Assembly: GCA_973895155.1 (NCBI GenBank)
Contig: OZ316893.1
Coordinates: 4,260,490 to 4,324,489 of the forward strand
Direction of reading: 5' to 3'
DNA: 64,000 bases
From: Marsupella aquatica
Lineage: Eukaryota > Plantae > Marchantiophyta
The translations under genes were made by a program, and so were the position numbers. Shown in pieces: positions 1-10,410 of this stretch; position 1 is the stretch's first letter; every line of letters begins with the position of its first letter. Under the pieces are notes generated by a model. It was given only the letters and a program-made list of their open reading frames with translations, was not told the DNA's origin and did not search any database.

Positions 1-2099
1 ACATCAAAGATTTCAGTACCATTGCACACCCATTGTATGCTTTGTTGAAAAAGAATGTGACTTAGACATGGAGTACAGATGCTGAGGCAGCATTTGCCAC
101 TTTGAAGGAGAAGCTCTCCGAATACCCGGTGCTGAGAAGACCTGATTTCAGCAAGGTCTTTGTGCTACACACAGATTGGAGTGCCCTTGGGATTGGTGCC
201 ATTCTGGGCCAGCATGATGAGGAAGGTAAAGAGTACGTCATTGCCTATGCATCCAGGAGCAACAATCAGGCAGAGAGTCATTATTCTTCTTATAAGGGTG
301 AATGCCTTGCTGTTGTGTGGGCTGTCATACATTATAGGCCCTACCTCTATGGGACCAGGTTTGTTCTCTACACCGACCACCAGCCCTTGAAGTGGTTGAT
401 GACCAATGACAAGCTTACTGGCAAGCTTGCTCGTTGGGCGCTCATACTCCAGGAGTATGATTTTGAGGTAATTCATAGGCCTGGTGTGACACATCAGAAT
501 GCTTACACTATGTCCCGCAGCCCTTTGATTACCTCTGATGATTCCTCAGATGCACGGCAAGATTTTGACCAGGTTTCCATCCTGCCTACATTTCATGCAT
601 CGACCTATCTTGCTTTGCTGCCATGCTATGTTGTTGACCAACCTGTGGTGGACATATGGGAGGACAATGACACTCTGAGACTTCTGCAGCATGGGGAATT
701 ACCCACACATGTTACTGCTGCCCAGAGAGACCGAATTCAGCAAAGGTCCAAGCGCTACTTGTGGAAGGGAGATCATCTCGTGCGCTGCTTGCCAGACAGG
801 GAAGTGGTGGTTCCACCCATTCATGAGAGGGTTGGCCTTATCCGTAAGGTACATTCTGAGCTTGGTCATTTTGGCGTTAAGAGGACTTACAGCCTCTTGG
901 TCCCTCATTATGATTGGAGAGGCATGCATGGCCAGGTTCGAGATGTTATTGCCCGGTGTGAATAGTGTGATAGGGTGAGGACTTCTTTCACATCTTGGCA
1001 ACCCACACTTCATCCACTCCCTATTCAGGGCATGTTTTATCGCTGGTCATGTGATTTGGCTGGAGAATTACCCCTCACATCTCGGGGTAATCTCTACATC
1101 ATGATCATGATAGAGCATTTCTCCAAGTGGATAGAACTTGTGGCATTGCCGGATAAGACCTCCCGTAGCACCAGCCAGGCATTCCTGCAACAAGTTCTCA
1201 GCCGCTTTGGAGCTTGTGCAGAATGTCTTACTGACCAAGGCTCAGAGTTTAGAGGAGAGTTCCAGGAGCTGCTTGATCAGGCCCTCATTGATCATCGCCG
1301 GACATCACGAGATCACCCACAGGCAGATGGCTTGGCAGAGCGCATGGTTCAGACATGCAAGAAGGGTCTCCGGAAGATCTGCCTCACCAAAAACAAGGAG
1401 GATTGGGACCTGGCCTTACCCTACATTGCCATGGGGTATAGGATGTCCAGACATGCATCACTGTCTAACTTTTCTCCCTACTTCTTGTTGTTTGGTCGTC
1501 ACCTAGTTCCACCTTCTGCTATTGCTGCTCACATGCTTAAGGTGGTGGACTTGGATTTAGCTGTGACTTGGTCTGATGTGATCTCTGAGAGGGCTGCCCT
1601 ATTCAGGAGGGTTATGCCCATGGCCATGGAGAATTTGGCCATTGCACAGCACAGGGACACACTGCGTTATGCACACACACGAGGGGGCACTTTTCAGCCC
1701 AAGGTCAGGAAGTTTGATGTGGGAGATTTTGTGTACTTGCAGCGGCAAGCTAACGACACCTTGGACACCTCTACCAGTCGTACCATTCTCAGGGTTAAAG
1801 CTATTCGACCGTCTGGAGTGCTAGAGTTACAAGGGGCAGATGGGCGCACAATTGCTGACAATGCCAAGAATTGCGCCCCTTGTCATCTGCCTAACCTAGA
1901 TCCCACCATTGTGACTTCTACTTGGATTCCACATGTGGACTACCCTTGCAAGGTGTGTTTGCGAATTGATATTGCTGACCAGATGCTGCTGTGTGACAAT
2001 TGCAATGGAGGGTACCATCTTTTCTGCCTTCGGCCTGAACTTACCCAGGTGCCAGAAGGGTTATGGTTTTGCCCTTCTTGTGCTCCACGTGCTACCTGA
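1..2099 (+). mobile_element. Ty3/gypsy pol 3' part (RNase H, integrase, C-terminal PHD finger), interrupted by an in-frame TAG at 963-965
   Basis: RNase H motifs LHTDWS / YASRSNN / GECLAVVWA / TDHQPL; integrase HHCC (HSELGH...CE*C) and DDE core (CDLAG, TDQGSEF, AERMV); PHD CKVC...MLLCDNCNGGYHLFCL...WFCPSC. ORFs 102-965 and 975-2099 are in the same frame. Confidence 0.95.
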
Positions 2100-2120
2100 A
2101 TTTTCTTCAGCCCTCCTTTT

Positions 2121-2144
2121 AACCCCAATTTAAGGAAAACCGAA
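2121..2144 (+). repeat. Left terminal inverted repeat of the giant DNA transposon
   Basis: AACCCCAATTTAAGGAAAACCGAA, preceded by TTTT. Confidence 0.88.
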
Positions 2145-2388
2145 CTTTGGAAATTCTGAAAATCACTAAATATTATTATTTTAATAAAAAGGGGGCGACA
2201 TGACGCGTGGCTGCACGTGAAACCCTGAAAATGACTGCAACGTCACATTTTAACCAATCCAACTTGACGGGACCAAGAGACATGCTCACGCGAATAATAA
2301 TAATAGAGAAATAAATCTTTGAGATCCTTTATATATGATAACCAGTATATAAGGAGTTTACAAATGGTTTCTAGAACGACAATACAAA

Positions 2389-3117
2389 TTAATCTGATCT
2401 CATGCCGACTATTATTTTGGAAGCGTCCAAAATTGGGCGTCTGTTAAATTGCTCTACTAGATATCTATCTCCATGCCTCTGAATCACAGGGTCTTCCCAT
2501 AGAGTATGATTATAATCATAATCTCTAAAAATAGATTTAACTGACCAATCTGGATAATCTCTTCCATTGGCAATGACAAGCGGCTCACAAGAGTTTGCTA
2601 GCTTGCTAAGATACGGAATCAGCAAGTTAATCAGGAAACTGTCATCGACCGACCCAAAATATTTGGGCGGCAATAATGATCCAACAACAGGATCTAAACA
2701 AGCATGAAATGCATCGGATTCGATAAGCATTATATTTTGCTGCAGATACGCCTTCGTATAAATTCCAACCTTCTCAAAACACTTCAAAAATATCCGCTTA
2801 TTTGATGTCACCCCATCGCATAAGTAACAATGAGACTGATCCCAAATATACTTAAATGAGGCCATTTCCATCGCAGTAAAAATAGATGCTAAAATCTGAT
2901 CTAAAAGGTTCTTCCCAAGAGAGGACCAGATCCCTACATCGAAATTCTCAAAACAGAATCTCAAGAATTTGTGAAGATGAGGCCTTGGAAAAACGTATAT
3001 ATTCCCAATCCGAATTCCAGTTGAGACCGCCATCAGTCGGGAATGCGGTGCAGTGTAACAGAGTAGATGCTCCACGTCTAAAACTATGAGCCCGTTTTCT
3101 CTGCTGCAATGAATCTC
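2389..3117 (-). CDS. FCP1/NIF-like (HAD-fold) phosphatase-like paralogue 3; begins at a phase-0 splice acceptor
   Basis: LIVLDVEHLL, FPRPHLHKFLRFCFENFDVGIWSS, IFLKCF, NIMLIES; acceptor ctacag|GAG at 3118/3117; canonical DxDxT absent. Confidence 0.75.
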   Translation of the reverse strand, partial: EIHCSRENGLIVLDVEHLLCYTAPHSRLMAVSTGIRIGNIYVFPRPHLHKFLRFCFENFDVGIWSSLGKNLLDQILASIFTAMEMASFKYIWDQSHCYLCDGVTSNKRIFLKCFEKVGIYTKAYLQQNIMLIESDAFHACLDPVVGSLLPPKYFGSVDDSFLINLLIPYLSKLANSCEPLVIANGRDYPDWSVKSIFRDYDYNHTLWEDPVIQRHGDRYLVEQFNRRPILDASKIIVGMRSD

Positions 3118-3203
3118 CTGTAGAGAAACACAAGAAGATGCATGAGCCCGTATGGATGTAGTCACGCGAATGGTCGCGTCACATATTACAAAGAAAACAT
3201 CCT

Positions 3204-3896
3204 CTACACTCTGGCCATTGATAAGTGACGTCTGTTGAAGTGCTTGATAAGAACTTGATCCGCATGTCTCTGCACGTACAGATGCTCCCATATATCCTCG
3301 TTCAGATCCCAATCTCGATGTAGATTTCTAATCGACCAGATGGGATAATCGAACTTGTTAGCGAACGCAAGACAAAGCCCTGAATTTGATAGCTTTCGTA
3401 AATATGGAATGAGGTCATCCCTCAAAAAGACATCATCCAACGATCCTTGAAACGACTTAGCAAACAATAATCCGCATATAGCTGTCTGGCATGTATGGGA
3501 AGGACAAGCATCAATCTGGATTATATTCTCTGGTTGATAATCTTGAAACATATCACGTAGTCTCTCGATAGATTTGAAGACAACAGTTTTATAACCAAGA
3601 TTCCAGCAATGATCCCGCGTGAACACATATATCAGCTGCGACAGGTCGGTGCTCGACAACACTTCTGAAAGTATCTGATAAACCAGTTTATCGTCGAGAA
3701 TAGACCAGACCATCACATCAAAATGATCATAACAGAATTTTATAAGATCATGAAGATGCGGCCCCGGAATGACACATAGAGATCCGATATGAATTCCGGG
3801 TGCTGACTTGAGCTGAGGAGTATATTTTGAAACAGAGCACAGGAAGTTTTCCAGTCCTAAAACTAGAAGTTGACGCGACCTGCTCCACTTAGACAC
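3204..3896 (-). CDS. FCP1/NIF-like phosphatase-like paralogue 2; begins at a phase-0 splice acceptor
   Basis: LLVLGLENFL, PGPHLHDLIKFCYDHFDVMVWS, VFKSI, NIIQID; acceptor ttacag|GTG at 3897/3896; clearly similar to 2389-3117. Confidence 0.75.
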   Translation of the reverse strand: MSKWSRSRQLLVLGLENFLCSVSKYTPQLKSAPGIHIGSLCVIPGPHLHDLIKFCYDHFDVMVWSILDDKLVYQILSEVLSSTDLSQLIYVFTRDHCWNLGYKTVVFKSIERLRDMFQDYQPENIIQIDACPSHTCQTAICGLLFAKSFQGSLDDVFLRDDLIPYLRKLSNSGLCLAFANKFDYPIWSIRNLHRDWDLNEDIWEHLYVQRHADQVLIKHFNRRHLSMARV

Positions 3897-4021
3897 CTGT
3901 AAATAAACAATTCGATTCTCATATTATGCAATTGCAAACAACCACGCGACCGGGCGCGTCACTCCCAAAAGTTCAATTTCAATCAATTTATAAATAATAA
4001 TTGATAATAAACAATAAACGT

Positions 4022-4792
4022 TTACTTATTGGACTTATCCCGGGCTTCTATAGCACGGTCTTTTTCGGCAGATAAGTATTTCATAAATTCGTCAAACTTT
4101 TCTAAATGGTCTTTATTCCCCTGATTACGAATGATCACGTTTCTCCTCCAAAGATTCATCTTATCAATATAATCTTTCTCAAGGTTTTCTTGAGAGAACG
4201 TTGGAATCCCATATCCACTAAGGAGCTCGCGGAATGTCAACTTGTCAATTGACATGTCGCATAGATATGGATATAGTTTCTTTCTAAAAAATAGGTCATC
4301 ATCGAGCCCAGAATATGCATCCGGATACAGCGATGAATAGAAGTCATTAAGGCTCGTCTTATATGCAGCGTCATCGATAAGAATGACATTCTCGATGTTG
4401 TAATCTTTAATATCGGCGGCAATGTCTGAGAGACATTTGACAAATAAAGGGATATCATTATTATTCTTCCCAGTAAGTCGAGTTGATTCTTGTCCCCATA
4501 TAAATTTAATACATTTCAAAACTTCGGGTCGAAGTATCAGCCTTACACAAGATAGAATATTCCGTTTGAACATGCACGACCAGATCGCAATGTCGTATAG
4601 ATCTGCCACCTTCTCAAGAAATTCCATTAAATCAGGCCTTGGATAGATAACCTTGTGCATCTGTCTCACACCCCTTGACCGAATGGGCATCCCAGAGCTG
4701 ATCTTCTCTGACCAGATAAGTACCCGATTCAGATCAAAAATTACAAGTCTCTTCTGAACCGGTGACTTCTTTGCCGATGGATTAGGCGCCAT
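4022..4792 (-). CDS. FCP1/NIF-like phosphatase-like paralogue 1 (frame extends to ~4924 through a TAG at 4844-4846)
   Basis: LVIFDLNRVL, YPRPDLMEFLE, YDIAIWS, FVKCL, NVILIDDAAYK. Confidence 0.82.
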   Translation of the reverse strand: MAPNPSAKKSPVQKRLVIFDLNRVLIWSEKISSGMPIRSRGVRQMHKVIYPRPDLMEFLEKVADLYDIAIWSCMFKRNILSCVRLILRPEVLKCIKFIWGQESTRLTGKNNNDIPLFVKCLSDIAADIKDYNIENVILIDDAAYKTSLNDFYSSLYPDAYSGLDDDLFFRKKLYPYLCDMSIDKLTFRELLSGYGIPTFSQENLEKDYIDKMNLWRRNVIIRNQGNKDHLEKFDEFMKYLSAEKDRAIEARDKSNK

Positions 4793-5013
4793 CTGTACCT
4801 GTGATTTTTGTGCCGCAGGGTTTGGAGAACGTACTAGAACGGTCTATTTGTTTCCCGCCTTCGGACGATCACCGGACTTCCGGACTGGTGCCTTCGATAC
4901 TCGATCAGGGGGTTTCGGGATAGGCTTATGTAAAACATTAAGAAATGAAAATAAGTTTATAACGCGAACGGTCGCGTGACTACAAAGAGAGACACTGAAA
5001 TGAAGTGTATTAC

Positions 5014-5802
5014 CTATACAAGACGGTCGTTCAGTGCTGGAATTCCACCGGAAATGTCAATCATAGCAGCATGGATCTCGGTAACTAGGTTACTTGCGGA
5101 CGTCGGCTTGCGGAAGTCCATGTCAAATAACGACAAGACTATCTCCCTACGGAATTTCTCAATTTGATCCGCGGCAAAATTAATTCCGTTTCCTTGACAC
5201 AAGCACTTGGCGTATCTCAAGATAAACACACCACAACTGTGGCCGTCACTCTGGTGAGGAATATCATTCCGATATATCCGTTCCCAACCTGAGAGATCCA
5301 AGTTGACACCAGTTCTCCAGCCAATTTCGTTGGCGTAGTACTTCCCAACAATATCTAGCACCTGAGGATTTTGTCGATTATGAACTAGAGAATCTAGGTA
5401 CTCCAGCCGTTTCTCCTTCGGATACAAGACTACCAATGACCAATGTTCTTTCACAGCATTGTGTACTGGAAAGACCAGTTTCTCGTATTCACTGATTTTT
5501 AGCGGAAACTCCTTTGTCCAAGCTGCTCTCTCCTCGTCGAAAATGGTAGGATCCATGGAGAGAAGCTCAAAATGGTGTGTTTGGAAGAATTTGACAAGGT
5601 CTGACTTTCCAACTCTATCGAGAATCAGTTTGAGAAAACTCAAATAAGCGTTAATTATATCATCGGTGAGCAACTCGCGTGGTCTCAGACACATCATATG
5701 TTTCCTCTTGATCGAGTGTTGTAAGAACTTGGTCAATAGCTCTTCCATATCCTTAGAAGGATCAAGGCATTGATCTATTCGACTAGCCAAATTTTCAAAA
5801 AA
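5014..5802 (-). CDS. Ulp1/SENP (peptidase C48) SUMO-protease domain exon
   Basis: LTDDIINAYL, EHWSL (His), YLDSL (Asp), QSDGHSCGVF (Gln, Cys): catalytic residues intact; acceptor tttgcag at 5803-5805. Confidence 0.9.
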   Translation of the reverse strand, partial: FFENLASRIDQCLDPSKDMEELLTKFLQHSIKRKHMMCLRPRELLTDDIINAYLSFLKLILDRVGKSDLVKFFQTHHFELLSMDPTIFDEERAAWTKEFPLKISEYEKLVFPVHNAVKEHWSLVVLYPKEKRLEYLDSLVHNRQNPQVLDIVGKYYANEIGWRTGVNLDLSGWERIYRNDIPHQSDGHSCGVFILRYAKCLCQGNGINFAADQIEKFRREIVLSLFDMDFRKPTSASNLVTEIHAAMIDISGGIPALNDRLV

Positions 5803-5922
5803 CTGCAAAAAACAAAGATTTCAGTACGCCTTCAAATAACGTACTGAGGTTGTAGCCTCAGAAAATAGAAACAATAACAGATCAATAATAAAATAATGAC
5901 GTCTATAATAGAAACTTTAAGC

Positions 5923-8900
5923 TTATAGCTTGCGAATGACCTTTGGATTGGGTGGATCCGGCCTTTTCGCAGCTGATCTCTTGGGTGCCTCAATCGCAAC
6001 AACATCCTTCAGCCCTCCTTGAGACCGCAGTGATCGCTCCACCGGACCAGTTTGCGAAGGTTGGAGCGATGAGGCGGGAAGACCTTCAAATGGTTGTGGC
6101 ATTTGATTCAAATATTCCACAATCTGGGAATCCGATTCCAAAATATCCGGTGCCACAATTTCTGCGCGAGTCACCTCTGCAATATATCGGGGTCGAGACC
6201 ACGAACCTGGTCGCGTCAAATCAGCTGTTAGTCTCTTAACGACTGGAGCCGAGTCTGGTGCCAAAAACGTTCCCAGGTCTTGCACTCGATTCTCGGAAAA
6301 GCGGACATTATTAATGATTATCTCAAGCCTGGCCTCCTCGTGCCGGGCCTCCTCGTGCCGGGCCGCCTCCTCTTGGTCCACCTCATGTCAAGGCTCTTGT
6401 GTGGCCTCTTAATCAGAGTCCTCAGCGTCCTCGGAACCCTCCATCTCCTCGTCCTCTTCATCAGCGTCCTCAGCGTCCTTCATCTCCTCTTTGTCACTCT
6501 CTTCATCTCCTCTATTGTCGGAATCTCCGACATCGTTTTGCGTATCGGTCATCCACTCTAGATCTTGGTCATTGACATCGTCATCCGCGTCACCTTCCGC
6601 GTCACCTTCCCCCTCACCATCCGCATCACCATTGCTCCCAACATCCTCAACATTGAAGCCGTAGTCGACTTGATCTGAATAAAATCAGATCATTTGATAA
6701 GAATGACTCACGCGTGGAAAGAAATGTTATGAATGTCCACGCGCATGTTCGCGTGACGCAATAAAAAGTAAGAGGTTTCAAAAGTAACTTACCTTGGATT
6801 GGCCCACTAGGGTACTCCGTTGGTCGAATGTACAATCGATCGGAATCTTCAGAGAGTGCATACTCTTGCAATAATTGATTACAAATATTATCAGGGATAT
6901 GTTGTTCGTGGAGGACATCCAAAACATCAGCCCTGAGAGCAGTTACGGATGGACGGTACTTCATTAATTTATCTATCCATTTTTCTATACTAGCCCGTAC
7001 TGGGTCAATCAATGACAGCGTTGTATCAATTGTCGCCGTGGTGTGTTGCAAGAAACAAGACAACTCCCTATGCGTTGCCACAGGGCAGTAATATTTTACA
7101 TAGGATCCAGCATCCTGTAAAAAAAGCCGAAATTAGTTCACAATATTAATTGAGAATATAATAATCTAAATAATCTTAAAATCGAAACCCGAAAATATAA
7201 ATAAAAAAACTTACCATTAAGCACTGGATCAAGTTCGTTCCCTCACCGAAGCATATAGCCCATTCCCCACATTGGACGAATTGACTAACAATACTTTCAA
7301 AGAATGGAAGTATCTTTTCTGGGGAAGGTGTCGTGAACTTGCCGCTCTCTTCAAAATTGGCTATCTTCTCAATCTGATATTTGGAGACCAATTGGAACTC
7401 GAGTGCTTGTGGATCGCCCATTGTGCTGAAGGCCAAGCTGTGAAAAGCGTAGGTTACAATAAGCTTCTTCTCCTTCGGCCTCTTCTGAATATAATGGCTA
7501 TCGAGAGCAACATAGTGTGTGTACTTCCCTAATTCCCGTTTGATTAAGTAAGATTCAACGGGAGAGGCTACAATAATAACCACATGGTGTGGTTTTGCCC
7601 CTATCTCGCTAGTAGCACGAAATAAACCCTCATAGAATGAGCAATTTGGCGGACGCAAATCTCCCATTGATGAGGGATCAAAATAAATCAAGCTCGCAAG
7701 GTTCTTGTCTTCACGTATGATACAGTCTGCAAACCCAGCATTTTGTATATCCTACAGGGATTGCAATTTCAGCCTCTCACCGACCGGCCGCACTAGTTGG
7801 TTTCCTTGACTATCAACTGATTTCTGTATTCCTTCCACCAACCTGTAGAATATAGGGTCGATCTCCTTCAACAAATTATCATTACTAATATTTACATTTA
7901 AGCACTTCTTCAGATAACCACTCAACGCATCTCTCAACTGCTTCAGCACCATCTTGTCGAGCTTAAAGCGATCAATCATTCCTTTGACCCGCAATTTCTG
8001 CGCTGAATCTGTCAGACTTTTCAGCTCCGTCCGGGTGGATGTTTCCCCGTTGAGTTTACTCAATAATAAAATCTCAAACTCAACTTTCGTCTTCTTCTTT
8101 ATACAGAATTGCTCCAAACTCATGCTGGTCGTTGACAACACTGGAGCCTCAGAGGACTCCTTCGCCTTCCCAGATTTCACTTTGATGCTTTGGTTTTTGA
8201 GTATAGACAGTCTTCCGCTCAACATATATTCCGCTGCCTTTCGAAGAACCGAGTCTGAGCACCCTTGACAAGAACGGAACGTCTTCTTCAAAAGATGATA
8301 AGCACACGGATTATCCGCAATTTTGACGGCGTCCCTCTGTAAAATTCCATTGTAAATTACAAGCTCTCCTGTCCTTGATAGTTCGTAGACCTCCATCCAC
8401 TTCTTGACTGTTTCGTCCTCCATTGTAAAGAGAAACGGAGCCAATTCTCCAAATTTTATCATTTCGTTCTTCCCCATTTGAGCCCATGGGCAAACAAAAC
8501 TCGTAGCTCTCATAAATACCTGAAAAACAATGGAAACATGACAATTCTAAGCTTGACGCGATCGTTCGCGTGACAAAAGTTTATACGATAATGTGATCGA
8601 AGAGGGTTATTTATATACCTTCCAATTTGGATGACGATAATGTGATCCAGGCCGCCCAAATGAGTTCCAGATATTATGACACTGTCGTACAATGGTGAGA
8701 AACTATCCTTCTTCCATTGACGTTTGATGACAGTGGTTCAGAGCTTTCGATAATCCCATCAAATGAACATTATTGTCGTTGTTGAGCGTTGCCCAAAACA
8801 TTACAGCTTCTACAGTACCGCAAGCGTCTCGTACAACTTGGCTGACTTTGTCGTCCTCTCTCAGCAATTTGTACGCCATTATTGTGTGCTGGCCTCCGAG

Positions 8901-9857
8901 TATCCAGAAATGACTGGTCATAATGTCCTCCTCCTTTGGCGATGAATCGTAGGGCGTCCCATTGTAGTCGGGATCTCTGTCAGCCTCCGACTGAACCCAC
9001 TTCACAGGGACTAAAAAGCAGCATCGCTTCTCAAACTTTATAGCCGAATGAGAGAGGAGTGAATTCTTTAGCCTATCTGTGTAATCTTGATTCCACTCTC
9101 GGCACTTGATGTGGTCCGGTGCAAGATGACAATGTGATGTCTCAACAAAAAATGACTTGCTGTTAAATATATTCACAGCACTATATTCTTTGAGGAAGGA
9201 ATCGAACAGAGCCCCGACATTCACTGAGGTAATTACTTTCGAAAGATTCTCCGCCGAGTATACTTCAACCTTGCTCACTGGCGGGGCCTTTCCCAAGCAA
9301 AATCCCTGGTTGAAAGGAACTCTCTGGAACTCAAGTATGTCAATAATGTATTGACAAATCAAATCTCCCGTTGATGCCTCTGGATCGGAAGGATATCCCA
9401 CACTAGTAACCTTTTCCAAGGCGTGCCTTGCACCTAGAAGATCATCGATTTTGGGCTGATTGAAGGTTACATATTGCGTTCGATCCAAACAAATGCTTAT
9501 TTTGTCTTCCTGCTGGTCGTCGCTGACTAGCAGAACCAATCCCTCTGTACACTCTTTAACTTTCATGTTCTTCTCAAAGAAACACACGAGAATTTTTGAT
9601 CTCTCCAAAACTGTAGCTTTATCATTTCTTGCCACCACAAGACGGACAGCCCCATTGCGAACGACTATTCCAAAATTGGATATCTCAGTCGATTCAAAGA
9701 GATGGATACTCTTTGTCTCCGTTGTTCTCTCTCTGATTGACTTTCCTCGATATGCAAGTATGGATGTCTCCGCGGGAGTCATTTTTGTCTTGGTTTTCTT
9801 TCGAGAAGCAGCTTTAGACGAGTCTCTTTTCCGCTTTGAGGTTCCGGTAGGATCCAT
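5923..9857 (-). pseudogene. Spliced ~1200-codon gene: ParB/Srx-like domain + degenerate amino-methyltransferase-like domain + acidic region; 4 nonsense codons
   Basis: Inferred exons 9857-8619, 8519-7215, 7114-6793 and 6674-5923, joined in frame by GT-AG introns. Stops at 8703, 7752, 6409 and 6388 are each followed by in-frame continuation. Motifs FWILGGQHTIMAY, LIYFDPSS, EKILPFFESIVSQFVQCGEWAICFGEGT. Confidence 0.72.
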
Positions 9858-9932
9858 CCTGAAATAGACAAATATTGAAAGTTAAACGTTTATTATAAAA
9901 TACTAACACGCGCATGGTCGCATTGTGCCGAA

Positions 9933-10410
9933 TTACATTTTAGGAACGTTTATCCTGACCCAATCTTCTCGCTCATCTTCATCTAACCAAAACCAAAGGT
10001 TCCTAAATGTGTCAAGTTCAGATCCTTCAAATCCACCCAAAATGTCCAGCGGCGGGAGAGTTCTGATGGATTATGTAAATCTGAATGCTACACTCCGTGA
10101 AGTCAAATGCCTTCTAAGCGATTCATATCCTGGTCTATCAGTGAAGTCGTAAGCTACCAAGGTGACCGTCGCCCAAGTACTACTATAAGTAACTATGTGG
10201 CACCACTTCTTACTGACTGTTCGAATGGTGATCAAGTCCATGACCCGATTTTTAATCGTAGTATCCGACAAATTCCCAAGACAGTGGAAAAACTCTTTGA
10301 CTAATGGCCAAATATATTTCTCGACAATATCGTCTGGAAGACCGGGTATCAGCTCTTCAGCTTGACTCCATATCATGTTTCGGTTCATAACCTTTGCACG
10401 TGCAATGCGC
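9933..10410 (-). pseudogene. F-box-like paralogue A, 3' part; its 5' part lies at 19374-19430, split by the LTR insertion; premature TAA at 10071
   Basis: LIPGLPDDIVEKYIWP...RTVSKKW. Removing 10411-19377 restores MLQSFDMNQKSHRQMMMERIARAKVMNRN... in frame. The frame after the TAA aligns with paralogues B and C. Confidence 0.75.

Noticed and set aside
2108-2120. CAGCC...GGCTG as the true element termini
   Set aside because: No target duplication at those boundaries and mismatched bases inside; the AACCCC boundary gives an exact TTTT TSD.
2183-2250. AAAAAGGGGGCGACA-TG as the PPT and 3' LTR start of the first Ty3, making the cargo extra ORFs of a giant retrotransposon
   Set aside because: It lies inside the TIR/TSD-defined DNA transposon and no matching LTR copy is present; the PPT-like G-run resumes after 31990.
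3118-3312. N-terminal extension of ORF 2389-3312
   Set aside because: Overlaps the end of the neighbouring paralogue and the palindrome-containing gap; homology starts at the acceptor at 3117.
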